From: an uncultured Methanoregulaceae archaeon
Lineage (GTDB): Archaea; Halobacteriota; Methanomicrobia; Methanomicrobiales; Methanospirillaceae
Direction of reading: 5' to 3'
DNA length: 64,000 nucleotides
Assembly: GCA_963701095.1 (NCBI GenBank)
Contig: OY969564.1
Coordinates: 384,001-448,000, forward strand
The notes beneath the pieces were generated by a model. That model did no database searches. It worked only from the letters and a program-made list of their open reading frames with translations, and was not told where the DNA came from. Shown here one piece after another: positions 43,401 through 53,404 of the stretch. The translations under genes and the position numbers were made by a program. The number at the start of each line of letters is the position of its first letter. The stretch's first letter is position 1.

Positions 43401-43973
43401 TGTGATCCAGTACTCGACAAACATATCCAGAAACTGGAATTATTAACAGATGAGATCATGTCTCAAATCGAATTTACCCACCTCTGCCAAGGTCTTGGTA
43501 CAAACACTCCACAATGGCAAAACATAGCCGAAACCTTCCCGATCCGGCAGGTGCCCGAGGGCATCGGGGTTGATATCAGGTTCCACGATATTGAGGTCTT
43601 TGCCGATCCTCTTCTCGAGAAAGTTTTTCCCAACCTTCTTGACAACACGATTCGACATGCAGGTAACGTAACCACGATACGACTTGATTGCCGGGAGAGT
43701 GCTAGCGGTTTACATATCACCTACGAAGATGATGGCATCGGCATCCCTAAAGATGAGAAAGAACGTATTTTCGAAAGAGGGCATGGGAAGAACACCGGCC
43801 TAGGCCTTTTTCTAGTACGAGAGATCCTTACCCTAACCGGTATTTCAATAATTGAGAACGGAGAAACTGGAAAAGGAGCACGGTTTGAACTGCATGTACC
43901 TAATGGGATGTATCACGTGAATTCTGCATCGTCCTTGCTGTCTGATGAAAAGGCGTCTTCTAAAACGATGTGA
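40452..43973 (+). CDS. REC-REC-GAF-PAS histidine kinase
   Basis: Degenerate first receiver, canonical second receiver, GAF, three PAS, ITRHD, HATPase. Confidence 0.92.
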   Translation: MKETDDGSRTDHTFASFSEADGERLNSKKISVLYVDENSSLLDIVCRYLEMDGEIMVDTSLSWETAIERMRYIKYDVIVTDYNINNGDGNELLKSVRNLGIMIPVVFFVLFRSDELEKEALQYGNVLFTEKLAMSLGSPFPNLYNTIKKAVSQNQDNTRRNRFAILRPEGIKTLSVLYVDDEPALLDICKHFLENSKEMSIDTATSANEGLENINTKTYDAIVSDYMMPGMDGIQFLIEVRKRFGEIPFILFTGRGREEVAIQAIDNGADFYVQKGGDPVAQFVDLAHKVKLAVNTFRSNEKLVYYNRLYTILSGVNSTIVHTDDKDTLFSEICRIAIEKGKFRMAWIGLIDSAVDLLRPVAFAGFEEGYLTSIRISIKDEPYGQGPSGRAVREKEHIVYNDIDTNPMMAPWYAEIKARGYRSTAAFPLFLNEKVIGTFQLYAAEPHFFSDDEILLLDEIASDVSFALERFEAEQQRSEVERELRNKNEDLMAAYAQISATEEELRQNLDETINGQAQLQESEEKYRTLVDKANEAIVMVQEGLLVFANPRMSKLLDIQSEKLIGSSFLDYVHPDDREKVAGYYKTCLSGKNVSDGYEFRFIRNDGTMIWVHNNAARILWHKKQVTLNLITDITERKKSQDDLNEKQADLEAAYEELISTQEELRKNFDLLTLHERELYESEQHLISIIDFLPDATFVIDQKGTVIAWNRAIEDMTGIGKAEMIGKGNREYTIPFYGERRHNLLDLIGTDDDELKAKYQYVKRKGQTLYAEVFTPALYGGKGAYVWATVSPLFDHQGNRTGAIESIRDITENKKEEETLRETRDYLESLISYSNTPIIVWNPDFEIVRFNNAFEDLTGIPAAEAIGKPLFTLFPEDSRDSSISLVKRTLADDHWDCVEIPVLNKITGSVKTVLWNSANILDKSGSSVVATIAQGQDITDRKNAEITLLKANKQLNLLSSITRHDIANKITGILGILAIMHKLTCDPVLDKHIQKLELLTDEIMSQIEFTHLCQGLGTNTPQWQNIAETFPIRQVPEGIGVDIRFHDIEVFADPLLEKVFPNLLDNTIRHAGNVTTIRLDCRESASGLHITYEDDGIGIPKDEKERIFERGHGKNTGLGLFLVREILTLTGISIIENGETGKGARFELHVPNGMYHVNSASSLLSDEKASSKTM

Positions 43974-43988
43974 AAGGAGGAGGAAACG

Positions 43989-45755
43989 ATGGATCGAATG
44001 TTCTTTAAACGGATAGAAACTGCAATGAAAAATATGGGGCCCTGGGATTACTTGATTATCTGTGCTACCATTCTCCCAGTAGTTTTAATCTATTATTCCC
44101 TTACTTTGGGCGTTTCATCACTCGTAAGTGATTTACTCTATATTCCTATTATTATAACCGCGTATACCTATCCACGGCGGGGAACATTATTTGCGATCGG
44201 GCTTGGGATCGTGTATCTGTTTGTCGTTTTCTTATTACGTTTTAGCTATCCGATGGATCTTATAGCCGCCTTGGCACGGTTCTATATCTTTGTGTTTGTA
44301 GGTATTTTTGTCTCTTACCTTGCACTTCGCTTAATGCGCGAAGAACAGATATATCATCGGATCTTTGAGCTCCCCTATGCCGGAATTACACTCATGGATC
44401 CAAAGTCTCGAAAAATCCTGCAATCAAATCATCACATGGAAGATCTTTTCGGTTATACCGCGGATGAACTCAAATCTTTAACAATCTCTGATCTTATCGC
44501 GGAAAAGGATAAGTCTCTGATATCGTCTGTTTTGAAACGGATCAAGGAATTGCCCGATACTCCGTTATCATTGGAACTAACCATTCAAAAAAAGACCAAT
44601 GAAACACTCCCTGCCGTTCTCTCATTATCTGAGATCCACGATGAAACAGAAATGCCAGATTACCTTGTTGTGCTGGTTCAAGAGATGACCGAGCGCAAAC
44701 TTTCCCAGCATCTCCGTTACCAGCAGGCAGCTTCATTGCAGGCATCTATCGACGGGGTCATAATCCTTGATCCATCATTTACCGTAACATACGTAAACGA
44801 TGCTTTTGCCCGCATGTTCTCATGTAAAAACCCATCACATCTTGTGGGAAAATCCTGGTCGGCCATCTATCAAGCGAGTCAGCAGACAAAACTGATCCAG
44901 GAAATCATACCTGCAATTACCAAGGACGGACAATGGAGGGGTGAGATGACCGGAAAACGCCATGACGGGACGTTTATCTCCCTCGAAATATCAGCCAGTG
45001 CCATAGAAGACGGAGGGACCGTCTGTATCGTGCGGGATATCACTGAACGCAAACTGGCCGAACAAGCACTCTATGAAGTAAACAAAAAATTGAACCTGGT
45101 TTCCAACATTACGCGTCATGATATCCATAACCAGATATTCACCCTGCTAGGTTGCCTGCATATAATACGAGGAAAGGTAAACGATCCGGCAATTCAGCAC
45201 TACCTCCAGATAGAGGAAGAGACGATTCAAACCATATCTCATCGGATCGACTTTACCAAAAACTATCAGGACATGGGGTTACGTCCTCCATCTTGGCAAG
45301 ATGTACAAACCGTTTTCCTGTATGCCATCTCCCACCTCGATCTAAAAGGTCTGGAACGTTCACTGAAGGTTGACGAACTTTCAATCTATGCAGATCCCCT
45401 GCTAGAAAAAGTCTTCCAGACTTTGGTCGAAAATACGCTGAAGCATGGCGGCAAAGCAACCCGGTACTCATTTGTCTTTGAACACGTTCATGGAGGAATT
45501 TGTCTGGTGTATGAAGATGACGGGATCGGGATTACGACAAAAGACAAGGAATCAATTTTTGAGCACACACCGGATATGATGGGTGGTCTCAATCTGTTCC
45601 TGTCCCGCGAAACCCTCTCCATTACCGGGATTGGGATACGGGAAACCGGTGAACCAGGAAAAGGTGCACGGTTTGAAATTTTCGTACCTCATGGAGCGTA
45701 TCGCGAGGCTGCAAAGTTGCCGGTTGAAGGTTCATTACCAGGGGTTACAAAATGA
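43989..45755 (+). CDS. 4TM-PAS-PAS histidine kinase
   Basis: LLYIPIIITAYTYPRRG TM domain, two PAS, ITRHD, HATPase with an atypical G2 box (MMGGLNL). Confidence 0.9.
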   Translation: MDRMFFKRIETAMKNMGPWDYLIICATILPVVLIYYSLTLGVSSLVSDLLYIPIIITAYTYPRRGTLFAIGLGIVYLFVVFLLRFSYPMDLIAALARFYIFVFVGIFVSYLALRLMREEQIYHRIFELPYAGITLMDPKSRKILQSNHHMEDLFGYTADELKSLTISDLIAEKDKSLISSVLKRIKELPDTPLSLELTIQKKTNETLPAVLSLSEIHDETEMPDYLVVLVQEMTERKLSQHLRYQQAASLQASIDGVIILDPSFTVTYVNDAFARMFSCKNPSHLVGKSWSAIYQASQQTKLIQEIIPAITKDGQWRGEMTGKRHDGTFISLEISASAIEDGGTVCIVRDITERKLAEQALYEVNKKLNLVSNITRHDIHNQIFTLLGCLHIIRGKVNDPAIQHYLQIEEETIQTISHRIDFTKNYQDMGLRPPSWQDVQTVFLYAISHLDLKGLERSLKVDELSIYADPLLEKVFQTLVENTLKHGGKATRYSFVFEHVHGGICLVYEDDGIGITTKDKESIFEHTPDMMGGLNLFLSRETLSITGIGIRETGEPGKGARFEIFVPHGAYREAAKLPVEGSLPGVTK

Positions 45756-45940
45756 AACGACACCATATACCACCGGATTTCTTATATCATCGTCTTCGTG
45801 TCGGGGCACGTCTTCCTCTTCGCAAACCAGCCAAAGGACCACCAGAATTGCTCGAACGAGTCGTATTCAAAGATTCGCCGTTATGTAAAAAATTTGAGAA
45901 AGAATTACAAAAAAAACAGGAATTTAATGTAAAGGGGTGA
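45752..45940 (+). CDS. Small basic hypothetical protein
   Basis: ATGA overlap upstream, 7 bp to the next gene. Confidence 0.45.
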   Translation: MKRHHIPPDFLYHRLRVGARLPLRKPAKGPPELLERVVFKDSPLCKKFEKELQKKQEFNVKG

Positions 45941-45947
45941 CCGGAAA

Positions 45948-46803
45948 ATGAAACAAGAAATTAACGCTCTGATAGTCGAGGATTCAGCCGATGATGCAAC
46001 GCTGCTAGTGCTGGAACTCAAGAAAGGAGGATTTATCGTTACGCACGAACGGGTAGAGACCGTCGAGGGGATGAAAACAGCATTGGCAAGCAAGCCATGG
46101 GACATCATCCTCTGTGATTACAATATACCCAGATTTGGCGCGATGATGGCATTGAACCTCGTGAAAGAACTCAACGTGAAATTACCATTTATTGTTCTTT
46201 CCGGTGTTGTTGGAGAAGAGACAGCCGTTAATACGATGAGAGCCGGTGCCCACGACTTCATTGTAAAAGGCAGGTATGACCGGCTGGTTCCGGCAGTCAA
46301 ACGGGAGATCGAAGAGTATCTGCACAATTTGGAACTAGATGAGAAAGTAAAAAAACAGACTGCAGAAGCGAACAAACAAAAACAACTCGCTTTTCAGATG
46401 ATGATGCAGAACCCGCAACCGCTGATAATGGTTGATACGAATTTTCATATTAAAATAGCCAATGACGCATTCCTCGCCCTGAGCGGGTTAACCGAAGAAA
46501 AAATACAGTCTATGAGCATCAGGGATTTTAAGGTTTTAGAGAAGAGCGGGCATAACGTCCGTGAAGCACTTGAGACAAAAAAAGGTGTTACCGGCAACGT
46601 TGTTGTTGAGTTCCTGACCGGTATTCATTATCTCGAACAGCACACGATTCCGTTGCTGGATAAGGACAACAATCTCGTTGCCCTGATGGTAGTATATAAC
46701 GATAACACCGAAAAACGCAAGATTGACGCTGCAAAGATGGAATTGGCCGAGTACCAATCCACGTATTTCCAATCCCTTTCCGATAACCTTACGCTGATGG
46801 CAT
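45948..46803 (+). pseudogene. REC-PAS signalling protein truncated by IS256 copy 2
   Basis: Receiver plus PAS; frame runs into the IS TIR and stops at 46808; no continuation after the IS. Confidence 0.85.
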
Positions 46804-48062
46804 GGTAGTGTCTCTATAATGCTGTAAAATCAGCACACCCAGTATCCAAAGAGATCATCTCACTCTTCACAGATAAATACCGGTTACCCGTGATCCACTC
46901 CTCATTAATATCGATAAGGATCGAACCGGTAAGTCTTAACAACGAAGCATCATTCGGGAAAGCCCCTATTTTTCTGCTCCGTCGTTTGAGTTCTTTATTA
47001 ACCCGTTCCAGGAGATTAGTAGTCCGGATCTTTTTCCAGTGTTCCGGGGGAAATGCCCGGTAATTCATCAGGCCGTGCTCGAACCGGTAGATGGTATCAG
47101 CAGCCCGAGAGAGCCCGAAATTCTCCAGTTCCTTCGCATAAGCAAGTAAGAGAGCATGATCACTGAGACATTCTTTGAGTCGTTCGGCGATCGACTTGTG
47201 ATATTTTCGGGAGACTTTTCTCAGAACTGCCCGGATAAAATGAACGTGACAAAGCTGCCATGATGAGCCAGGGAACATCCTTTCGGCAGCCGATTGGATC
47301 CCGGAATGTCCATCTGAAATAACGAGATCCACCTTACTGAGACCACGATCCTTGAGGTCGGAAAATATTCCTTCCCAGGTAAGTTCATGTTCCGCATCAG
47401 CTACACGAGCTCCGAGGATCTCCCGGTATCCGTCTTCCCGTACCCGGCTACTACGAGAAGAGCTTTCGTTGACGTACTTGACTCCATCTCTTACTTTGAA
47501 GTACGATGCATCGACGAAAAGATACGGAAAGTGTGAGTCGATGGTTCTTTCCATAAACTCCGTGATTTTCACATCGAGTTCCTGTGCTACCTTCGAGACG
47601 TAGGACGCCGAAATCTGGGTGACGCCCAGATGTGAGATTACTTTCTCGACATTCCGGGTCGATACGCCCTGAAGATACGATTCGATGATCGCGTTCACGA
47701 GCGCTTTCTCAGCCCGGGAGTATCGTTCGAATACTTTTGTCTCAAACGGGATCTCGCGTAACTGCGGTTTCTGGAGCATGAGATCCCCGAACCGGGTCTT
47801 CAGGGACCTAGACCGGTACCCGTTCCGATGCGCTCTTCTCGAACTCGATCTCGCGTGTTTCGGTACTCCGGCTTGTTGGGCCACTTCCTCGTTCATCACA
47901 TCGTTCAGAAACCACGTGATGAGCTGTTGCATTCCCTTCTCGTTATCGGTAAGATAATTTAGTACGATGTCGTTTAGATTCATTGCCCTGTATTCTCCTT
48001 GTTGCAATCTGATGTTGGATACAGGGCGTCTTCACTTTTTACAGCACTTCGTGTACACTACC
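46804..48062 (-). mobile_element. IS256-family insertion sequence, copy 2
   Basis: Same TIRs and near-identical sequence to copy 1; flanks TGATGGCAT and AAAAGAAAA do not match. Confidence 0.95.
46814..48007 (-). CDS. IS256 (Mutator) family transposase
   Basis: Full-length ORF with FVDA, ISDG and LER motifs; short compensated frameshift (NESSSRSSR instead of the expected TKALLVVAG). Confidence 0.92.
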   Translation of the reverse strand: MQQGEYRAMNLNDIVLNYLTDNEKGMQQLITWFLNDVMNEEVAQQAGVPKHARSSSRRAHRNGYRSRSLKTRFGDLMLQKPQLREIPFETKVFERYSRAEKALVNAIIESYLQGVSTRNVEKVISHLGVTQISASYVSKVAQELDVKITEFMERTIDSHFPYLFVDASYFKVRDGVKYVNESSSRSSRVREDGYREILGARVADAEHELTWEGIFSDLKDRGLSKVDLVISDGHSGIQSAAERMFPGSSWQLCHVHFIRAVLRKVSRKYHKSIAERLKECLSDHALLLAYAKELENFGLSRAADTIYRFEHGLMNYRAFPPEHWKKIRTTNLLERVNKELKRRSRKIGAFPNDASLLRLTGSILIDINEEWITGNRYLSVKSEMISLDTGCADFTAL

Positions 48063-48075
48063 AAAAGAAAAGATA

Positions 48076-48432
48076 TTATTTTTTTTCCTGCGCCATTTTT
48101 TTGATTTTTTCATTGATGTTGGAACTATTCTCAATAAGGTGCCATTCTGCTTTACTCATCCCCATAAAAAAATTGCATGCTGAACATTTAATCCAGGCTT
48201 CATATTGATCAGGAAATTCTACACGAATCGTTAATTCGCCGCACTTTGGGCAGGTAATTTTTTTCTGTTTGATCGAAATTGTTACATCTTGATCCCTATT
48301 GTGAGGCGGGTCTTTTTGTTTACGAGAGACGGGAATTGCGCCACCGGTTTTTTCATCCTCTGATACACAATGTGCACCCATGGGGGTTTCATTAACGCTC
48401 TCATTTATTGTAACTTTGGAATTATCAGTCAT
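48076..48432 (-). CDS. Zinc-ribbon hypothetical protein
   Basis: CPKC...CSAC; probable start MTDNSKV. Confidence 0.6.
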   Translation of the reverse strand: MTDNSKVTINESVNETPMGAHCVSEDEKTGGAIPVSRKQKDPPHNRDQDVTISIKQKKITCPKCGELTIRVEFPDQYEAWIKCSACNFFMGMSKAEWHLIENSSNINEKIKKMAQEKK

Positions 48433-48488
48433 TTTGTTTTTGTCCCACATTGAATCGTTAGATCAGATTTTTGTTTCTTCAGGTACCG

Positions 48489-48644
48489 CTACAGGACAAA
48501 GGTGATTATAGCAACTATGATGAAGATTATAACGAGCCATTTTGCGATTTCCATAGAGAAACCCGCAATCCCCCGAGCACCTGCTATATAAAAAATAAGG
48601 GCAAGCACAAGGAAAATTACTGCAAGGTAGATTAAATCGGCCAT
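48489..48644 (-). CDS. DUF1328 (YtjA-like) small membrane protein (not in ORF track)
   Basis: [51 protein letters not shown]. Confidence 0.85.
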   Translation of the reverse strand: MADLIYLAVIFLVLALIFYIAGARGIAGFSMEIAKWLVIIFIIVAIITFVL

Positions 48645-48648
48645 TGCT

Positions 48649-48873
48649 TCACTTCTCCTTCAATTTTGACTTAGCCTCATGAACCGCAATTCTGGCATCG
48701 GCGACGCTTTTAGAGACACTTGTTTTTATATTGTCTGACACTTTGTGAGCATCCACATCTGCATCTTTGAGTGTATTATGGGCGGCCATTTTTGCATCAT
48801 CATAGGCTGCATGTGCAGCTACTCTTGCATCATCGACAATCTTACCCGCCTTTACTTTTAAATTATCAGTCAT
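48649..48873 (-). CDS. LEA/CsbD-like small stress protein
   Basis: 11-mer repeats DARVAAH, DAKMAAH, DADVDAH, DARIAVH; start MTDNLKV. Confidence 0.6.
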   Translation of the reverse strand: MTDNLKVKAGKIVDDARVAAHAAYDDAKMAAHNTLKDADVDAHKVSDNIKTSVSKSVADARIAVHEAKSKLKEK

Positions 48874-49208
48874 TTTGTATTCAACTCCAATACCCTGATA
48901 TGATTTTTCAGCTAATTTTTTACTGCATATCAGAACTACCCTGCATAGAATAGGAAATAATATAATTCTTGGCTGTTTTTGCAAAATCTGTACCAAAAAG
49001 ACGGGTAATCTGATGATTCAGAGTAAAAACAATAAAATTACAAAACCGGGAGATTTTTTGGACGCGATCTACAGTATATTCTTTTCAATCAAGTGGAATC
49101 GAGCACCCTGTTCACGATGAATGTTGCAAAATTTGCAAATACAGGAATTGTAAAATTCCGAAATGATAATGTATAGCGGGTTGTTAATAGAGGTCGATCG
49201 TGAGAATT

Positions 49209-51542
49209 ATGATGAAAACGAATTGTGTAATGTGTGCGGGAATCATTACCCTGCTCCTCATTCTGATGGTACCTATGGTATCTGCCGACAGCACTGTCCA
49301 GCCGGGCTATATCACGGTCGGACTGGCACCTGTTGCCAACTTTAACGCGGTGTACACGGGCACCACGGCTCCTGCTGTGGTTACATTTCAGGATCAATCA
49401 ACTGGTAGTACCCCATTAACATATTATTGGAATTTTGGCGATGGCGCAACATCAACCGATCAAAATCCACAACACACGTATATTCAGAGTGGATTATTTA
49501 CCGTCAATCTCACAGTAACAAATGCATATGGGACCAGTACCGAGACAAAAGTAAATTATATCGGGATTGGACTGGCTCCGAATGCTGACTTTACCGGTAT
49601 TCCGACAACAGGGAATGCACCGTTGACGGTAGTGTTCACGGATCGTTCATCGGGATCTCCAACGTCATGGAATTGGGATTTCGGGGATGGTCAAACATCG
49701 ACCCAACAGAACCCGGTGCACATCTTCTTTGCGCAGGGAGATTATTCCGTGACCCTGACTGTAACCAACAGTAAGGGTACATCCACCATCACAAAACAAT
49801 ACTTAATTCATGTATTGCCTGCTCTCAAATCAATATTTACCGCCAATCCAAAATCCGGAGTAGCGCCGCTTGTTGTAGGATTTACCGATATATCTACGGG
49901 GAATCCACAAACATGGACGTGGAATTTTGGCGATGGCACTACTGACACAACACCGAATCCAGTCCATACCTTCACTAATAAAGGGGTCTATGCCGTTAGC
50001 CTTACAGTAACCAATGGGATACAGACGGATACTTCGACACAGGCGATCGTTGTTGGTGGTGTTCCCGCAGTAGATTTCGTAGCGGATAATACAACTATTG
50101 TTGCAGGCACTCCTGTACACTTTACGGACTTAACAACAAATTCGCCGACTTCCTGGTATTGGGATTTCGGCGACGGCCATTCATCGACCTTGCAGAACCC
50201 CACTGAAATCTATATGGCAAATGGGGTTTACAACGTCACCCTGACGGCCACGAATAATAATGGACAGAACACGCTGGAAAAAGTTGATTATATAGACGTT
50301 GGGGTCCCACCCACTGCAGACTTTACTACGGCAATTCCGAGCTTCCAGGTAGGCAGTGAAACTCAGTATGTCCAGTTTACGGATACTTCCTACGGTAACC
50401 CGGTTACATGGTCATGGAATTTTGGCGACGGAACGACATACAGTGGCCAGGAACCTCCCCTTCATCTCTATAACCATGTCGGATCATATACGGTTTCACT
50501 GACCGTGACGAATGCCTTTGGACAGAACACAAAGACAGAATCCAACCTGATTAACGTCAGAGCAGGACCATTAGTTAACTTCACGGCGGATAGGACAACT
50601 GTGAGTGTGAACCAGTACGTATCATTCACCGATCTTTCTGCAGGTAATCCTACCAGCTGGTCATGGAATTTCGGCGACGGAGCCACAAGCTCCGAACAGA
50701 ACCCCAGCCATGCATATAACCAGGTTGGAGTTTATTCAGTGATGCTGACAGCATCTGACGGGTACACCCAGAACTCCCTGACAAAGTTAAATTACATCAC
50801 CGTTACAAATCTCCCGAGTGCTGACTTTGTAGGAACACCTACCAGGGGCATTTCGCCTTTCACCGTAGCGTTCACCGATAAGTCCGTAGGCAACCCGACT
50901 GGATGGTCTTGGGATTTCGGTGACGGGACAACGTCGAACGAGCAAAATCCCTCACATGTATACACTACATCCGGCAATCAGATAACCAACAATTATACCG
51001 TGTCCCTAACGGTAACAAATTCAAACGGTGCTAATACAGAAACGAAAGTGGATTATATCCATGTGACCCAGACGCCCATTGCTGATTTCACTGTAAGCTC
51101 AAGGCAGGGTAAAGCACCATTTGTCGTGACATTCACTGACCTTAGCCTAGGGAGCCCAACCGCATGGCTTTGGAATTTCGGTGACGGGACAACGTCGACA
51201 GACCAGAATCCGACGCATACCTATCCATTCGAAGGATCCTATGATGTCCAGCTGACCGCTACGAACCAATATGGGTCTGACACTGTCTTCAAGACCGGAA
51301 CGACATCTACACGGAACAACGGAGTACCTACCGAAGAACCCATTCCGGTACCCTATGTGATAGTTACTCCGCAAGAGGTGATACCGACAATTGCCGCAAC
51401 ACCTCTACCAACCATGCCGCCGGCAACACTGCAGCCAACCGTTATTCCGACAACATCACAGGCACCAGTATCAACTCTCGTTCCAGTGGCTGCAGTTGTG
51501 ATCGGTATGCTTGCGGTTGTTGCAAAGACAAAACTGAAATAA
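49209..51542 (+). CDS. PKD-domain cell-surface protein (8 PKD repeats)
   Basis: Signal peptide, eight WxFGDG repeats, P/T linker, C-terminal TM and basic tail. Confidence 0.93.
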   Translation: MMKTNCVMCAGIITLLLILMVPMVSADSTVQPGYITVGLAPVANFNAVYTGTTAPAVVTFQDQSTGSTPLTYYWNFGDGATSTDQNPQHTYIQSGLFTVNLTVTNAYGTSTETKVNYIGIGLAPNADFTGIPTTGNAPLTVVFTDRSSGSPTSWNWDFGDGQTSTQQNPVHIFFAQGDYSVTLTVTNSKGTSTITKQYLIHVLPALKSIFTANPKSGVAPLVVGFTDISTGNPQTWTWNFGDGTTDTTPNPVHTFTNKGVYAVSLTVTNGIQTDTSTQAIVVGGVPAVDFVADNTTIVAGTPVHFTDLTTNSPTSWYWDFGDGHSSTLQNPTEIYMANGVYNVTLTATNNNGQNTLEKVDYIDVGVPPTADFTTAIPSFQVGSETQYVQFTDTSYGNPVTWSWNFGDGTTYSGQEPPLHLYNHVGSYTVSLTVTNAFGQNTKTESNLINVRAGPLVNFTADRTTVSVNQYVSFTDLSAGNPTSWSWNFGDGATSSEQNPSHAYNQVGVYSVMLTASDGYTQNSLTKLNYITVTNLPSADFVGTPTRGISPFTVAFTDKSVGNPTGWSWDFGDGTTSNEQNPSHVYTTSGNQITNNYTVSLTVTNSNGANTETKVDYIHVTQTPIADFTVSSRQGKAPFVVTFTDLSLGSPTAWLWNFGDGTTSTDQNPTHTYPFEGSYDVQLTATNQYGSDTVFKTGTTSTRNNGVPTEEPIPVPYVIVTPQEVIPTIAATPLPTMPPATLQPTVIPTTSQAPVSTLVPVAAVVIGMLAVVAKTKLK

Positions 51543-51885
51543 TTTTTTTTGAAAATTTCTATTTCTTGTTTTAAAAAGAATAAAATTATCATAAGAGATT
51601 CTGTGAGAATTAATCTTACATTTAAGCCATTTCATTCCACGGTCTATGGGAATTCTTCATCTCAATGAACCTAAAAAATCCTGAAATAAATTAAAATATT
51701 TTATCACCCTTCAAATTTTGTAACATCGGAATTAATTATTATAGTATTTCCGCCATATAACGACCTGCTCTGGTGTGGTAATTTTACCAGATGATGTTTT
51801 ATTACAATAAAAAATGTCATCAGGAAACAAAGAACAGGGCTTCAAAAAATGAGAAACGAATCTCAGCGAAAAGGGGGAATTTTAC

Positions 51886-52524
51886 ATGGATGATATAAAT
51901 TCAGGGAATGATGAAAAGGGCCGGGAACTGGCCCGGGAAACGGGAAAAAGGGAGGAACAGGATGCGCAACGCCAGCGTGAAATGGCGACAGAAAAAGGAC
52001 GGAAACAGGGACTAGATGAGGAGCGCAACCGGGAAAAACAAGATAAACAAAAGGCCGGTTGGGGAACAGGGATGAAGATTGGTGTATTCATTATAGTTCT
52101 TGCCATTATAGTAATAATAGCAGCCTTTCTCACGGTATCGGTTCAAGTAACTAATGTCTCTCCCGGTGATGTGTTACCCTATACTTCGAGTTACGGTACT
52201 TCATTTCCTGAAGGTCAGACAATCCAGATCGGAAACACACAGATCAGTGCAATCTCTTATGGGAATTCAGTCACCACGGATGTGAATGGAAATCAGCAGC
52301 AACTTCAGGTAGGTCAGACCCAGGACGTATCAGAACAGCATGCAAGGATTACTACACTTGGTGTGATCACCCTTATGAATACCAACTTCCAGATTGACCT
52401 TACCTACAAAGGTGAACGAGATAACCGGGCATATTTTGATATAGCCATTAATACCGGAAGTCAGGTACCGTCTGAGCTTATCAGACTGTTGCTCCCATCT
52501 GAAATAGATGCAACACCCATATGA
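51886..52524 (+). CDS. Hypothetical single-pass membrane protein
   Basis: Charged N-terminus, one TM helix, beta-rich C-domain. Confidence 0.75.
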   Translation: MDDINSGNDEKGRELARETGKREEQDAQRQREMATEKGRKQGLDEERNREKQDKQKAGWGTGMKIGVFIIVLAIIVIIAAFLTVSVQVTNVSPGDVLPYTSSYGTSFPEGQTIQIGNTQISAISYGNSVTTDVNGNQQQLQVGQTQDVSEQHARITTLGVITLMNTNFQIDLTYKGERDNRAYFDIAINTGSQVPSELIRLLLPSEIDATPI

Positions 52525-52642
52525 GCATTGACATTCAATGAATTTTTTTTCAATCGCAGTTTTTGAAGCTCTGGTTTTATTTCCCATCTTGAAATTTTCT
52601 CTTTATCCGTGTGCAGAGGAAATAAAATAGAGTGTAAAAGCG

Positions 52643-53159
52643 ATGGATGAAAAAACCAAGAATGATCTTATGATTCTTGCGATCGGAGTCCTTATAGGTG
52701 GAGGTATTTACCTTGCTAATTCTCTTGTCCTCTATTACACTACGATGAATAAGGAGAAGAGTGACGTCGCCGATGGCCTTTATCTCGATATCTCATCTCT
52801 TAAGGATAATCTTGTCGCCACTGATTAAGAATTCCTCACGCACCCCAGTAACAATTTTATCTACGTCCAAACCCCCCCTCTACCCTTCCAATGGTCTGTA
52901 CTTCGCATATCTGCAGGAAATCCCAACGATGGATAGAAAGACCGCACAAGATACATTTACATTTTATAGTCACCTGATGGCTGCAGAGGATTATCGAAAC
53001 CAGATCTACGAGATCGAGCAGTTGGGTGATCAGAATCCTCTCACTTCGGCGGAACTTACATGGAAACGGATCCTGACCCGGGATGCCGCCGTCGAAATAA
53101 ACACGTCGGTAAATCTCCTGCCTAATCTGACAGAAGAGCTCGATGCCGCTGCGACTTGA
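52643..53159 (+). pseudogene. Disrupted membrane-anchored hypothetical protein
   Basis: TAA at 52826-52828 is followed by a protein-like frame EFLTHPSNNFIYVQTP, then a shift at the C7 run near 52872 into LYPSNGLYFAY. Confidence 0.55.
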
Positions 53160-53404
53160 GATAATCGATTCGACATTTCTGGCTCGGTTCCGTTGTTGGA
53201 AAAGCCAAACTTACCCGAATCAGAGATCCGTAATAAGTGATATCTCAAAAATCCGGTTCTTCTGACTTCCATAACAGTATCCAAGACCCAACATTTCCGA
53301 AAAGATATGATATTATCTTGTATTAACGCCAGATTCAGGAAATATATCCGTTAACCAACGATTTGTTTTAGTCCAAAAAAGGCAGTTTTTCCCGGATTCC
53401 GGGT

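Noticed and set aside
19504..48062. Composite transposon formed by the two same-orientation IS256 copies
   Set aside because: Copy 1 has its own target duplication and the outer flanks (CGTTGGTAT vs AAAAGAAAA) do not match
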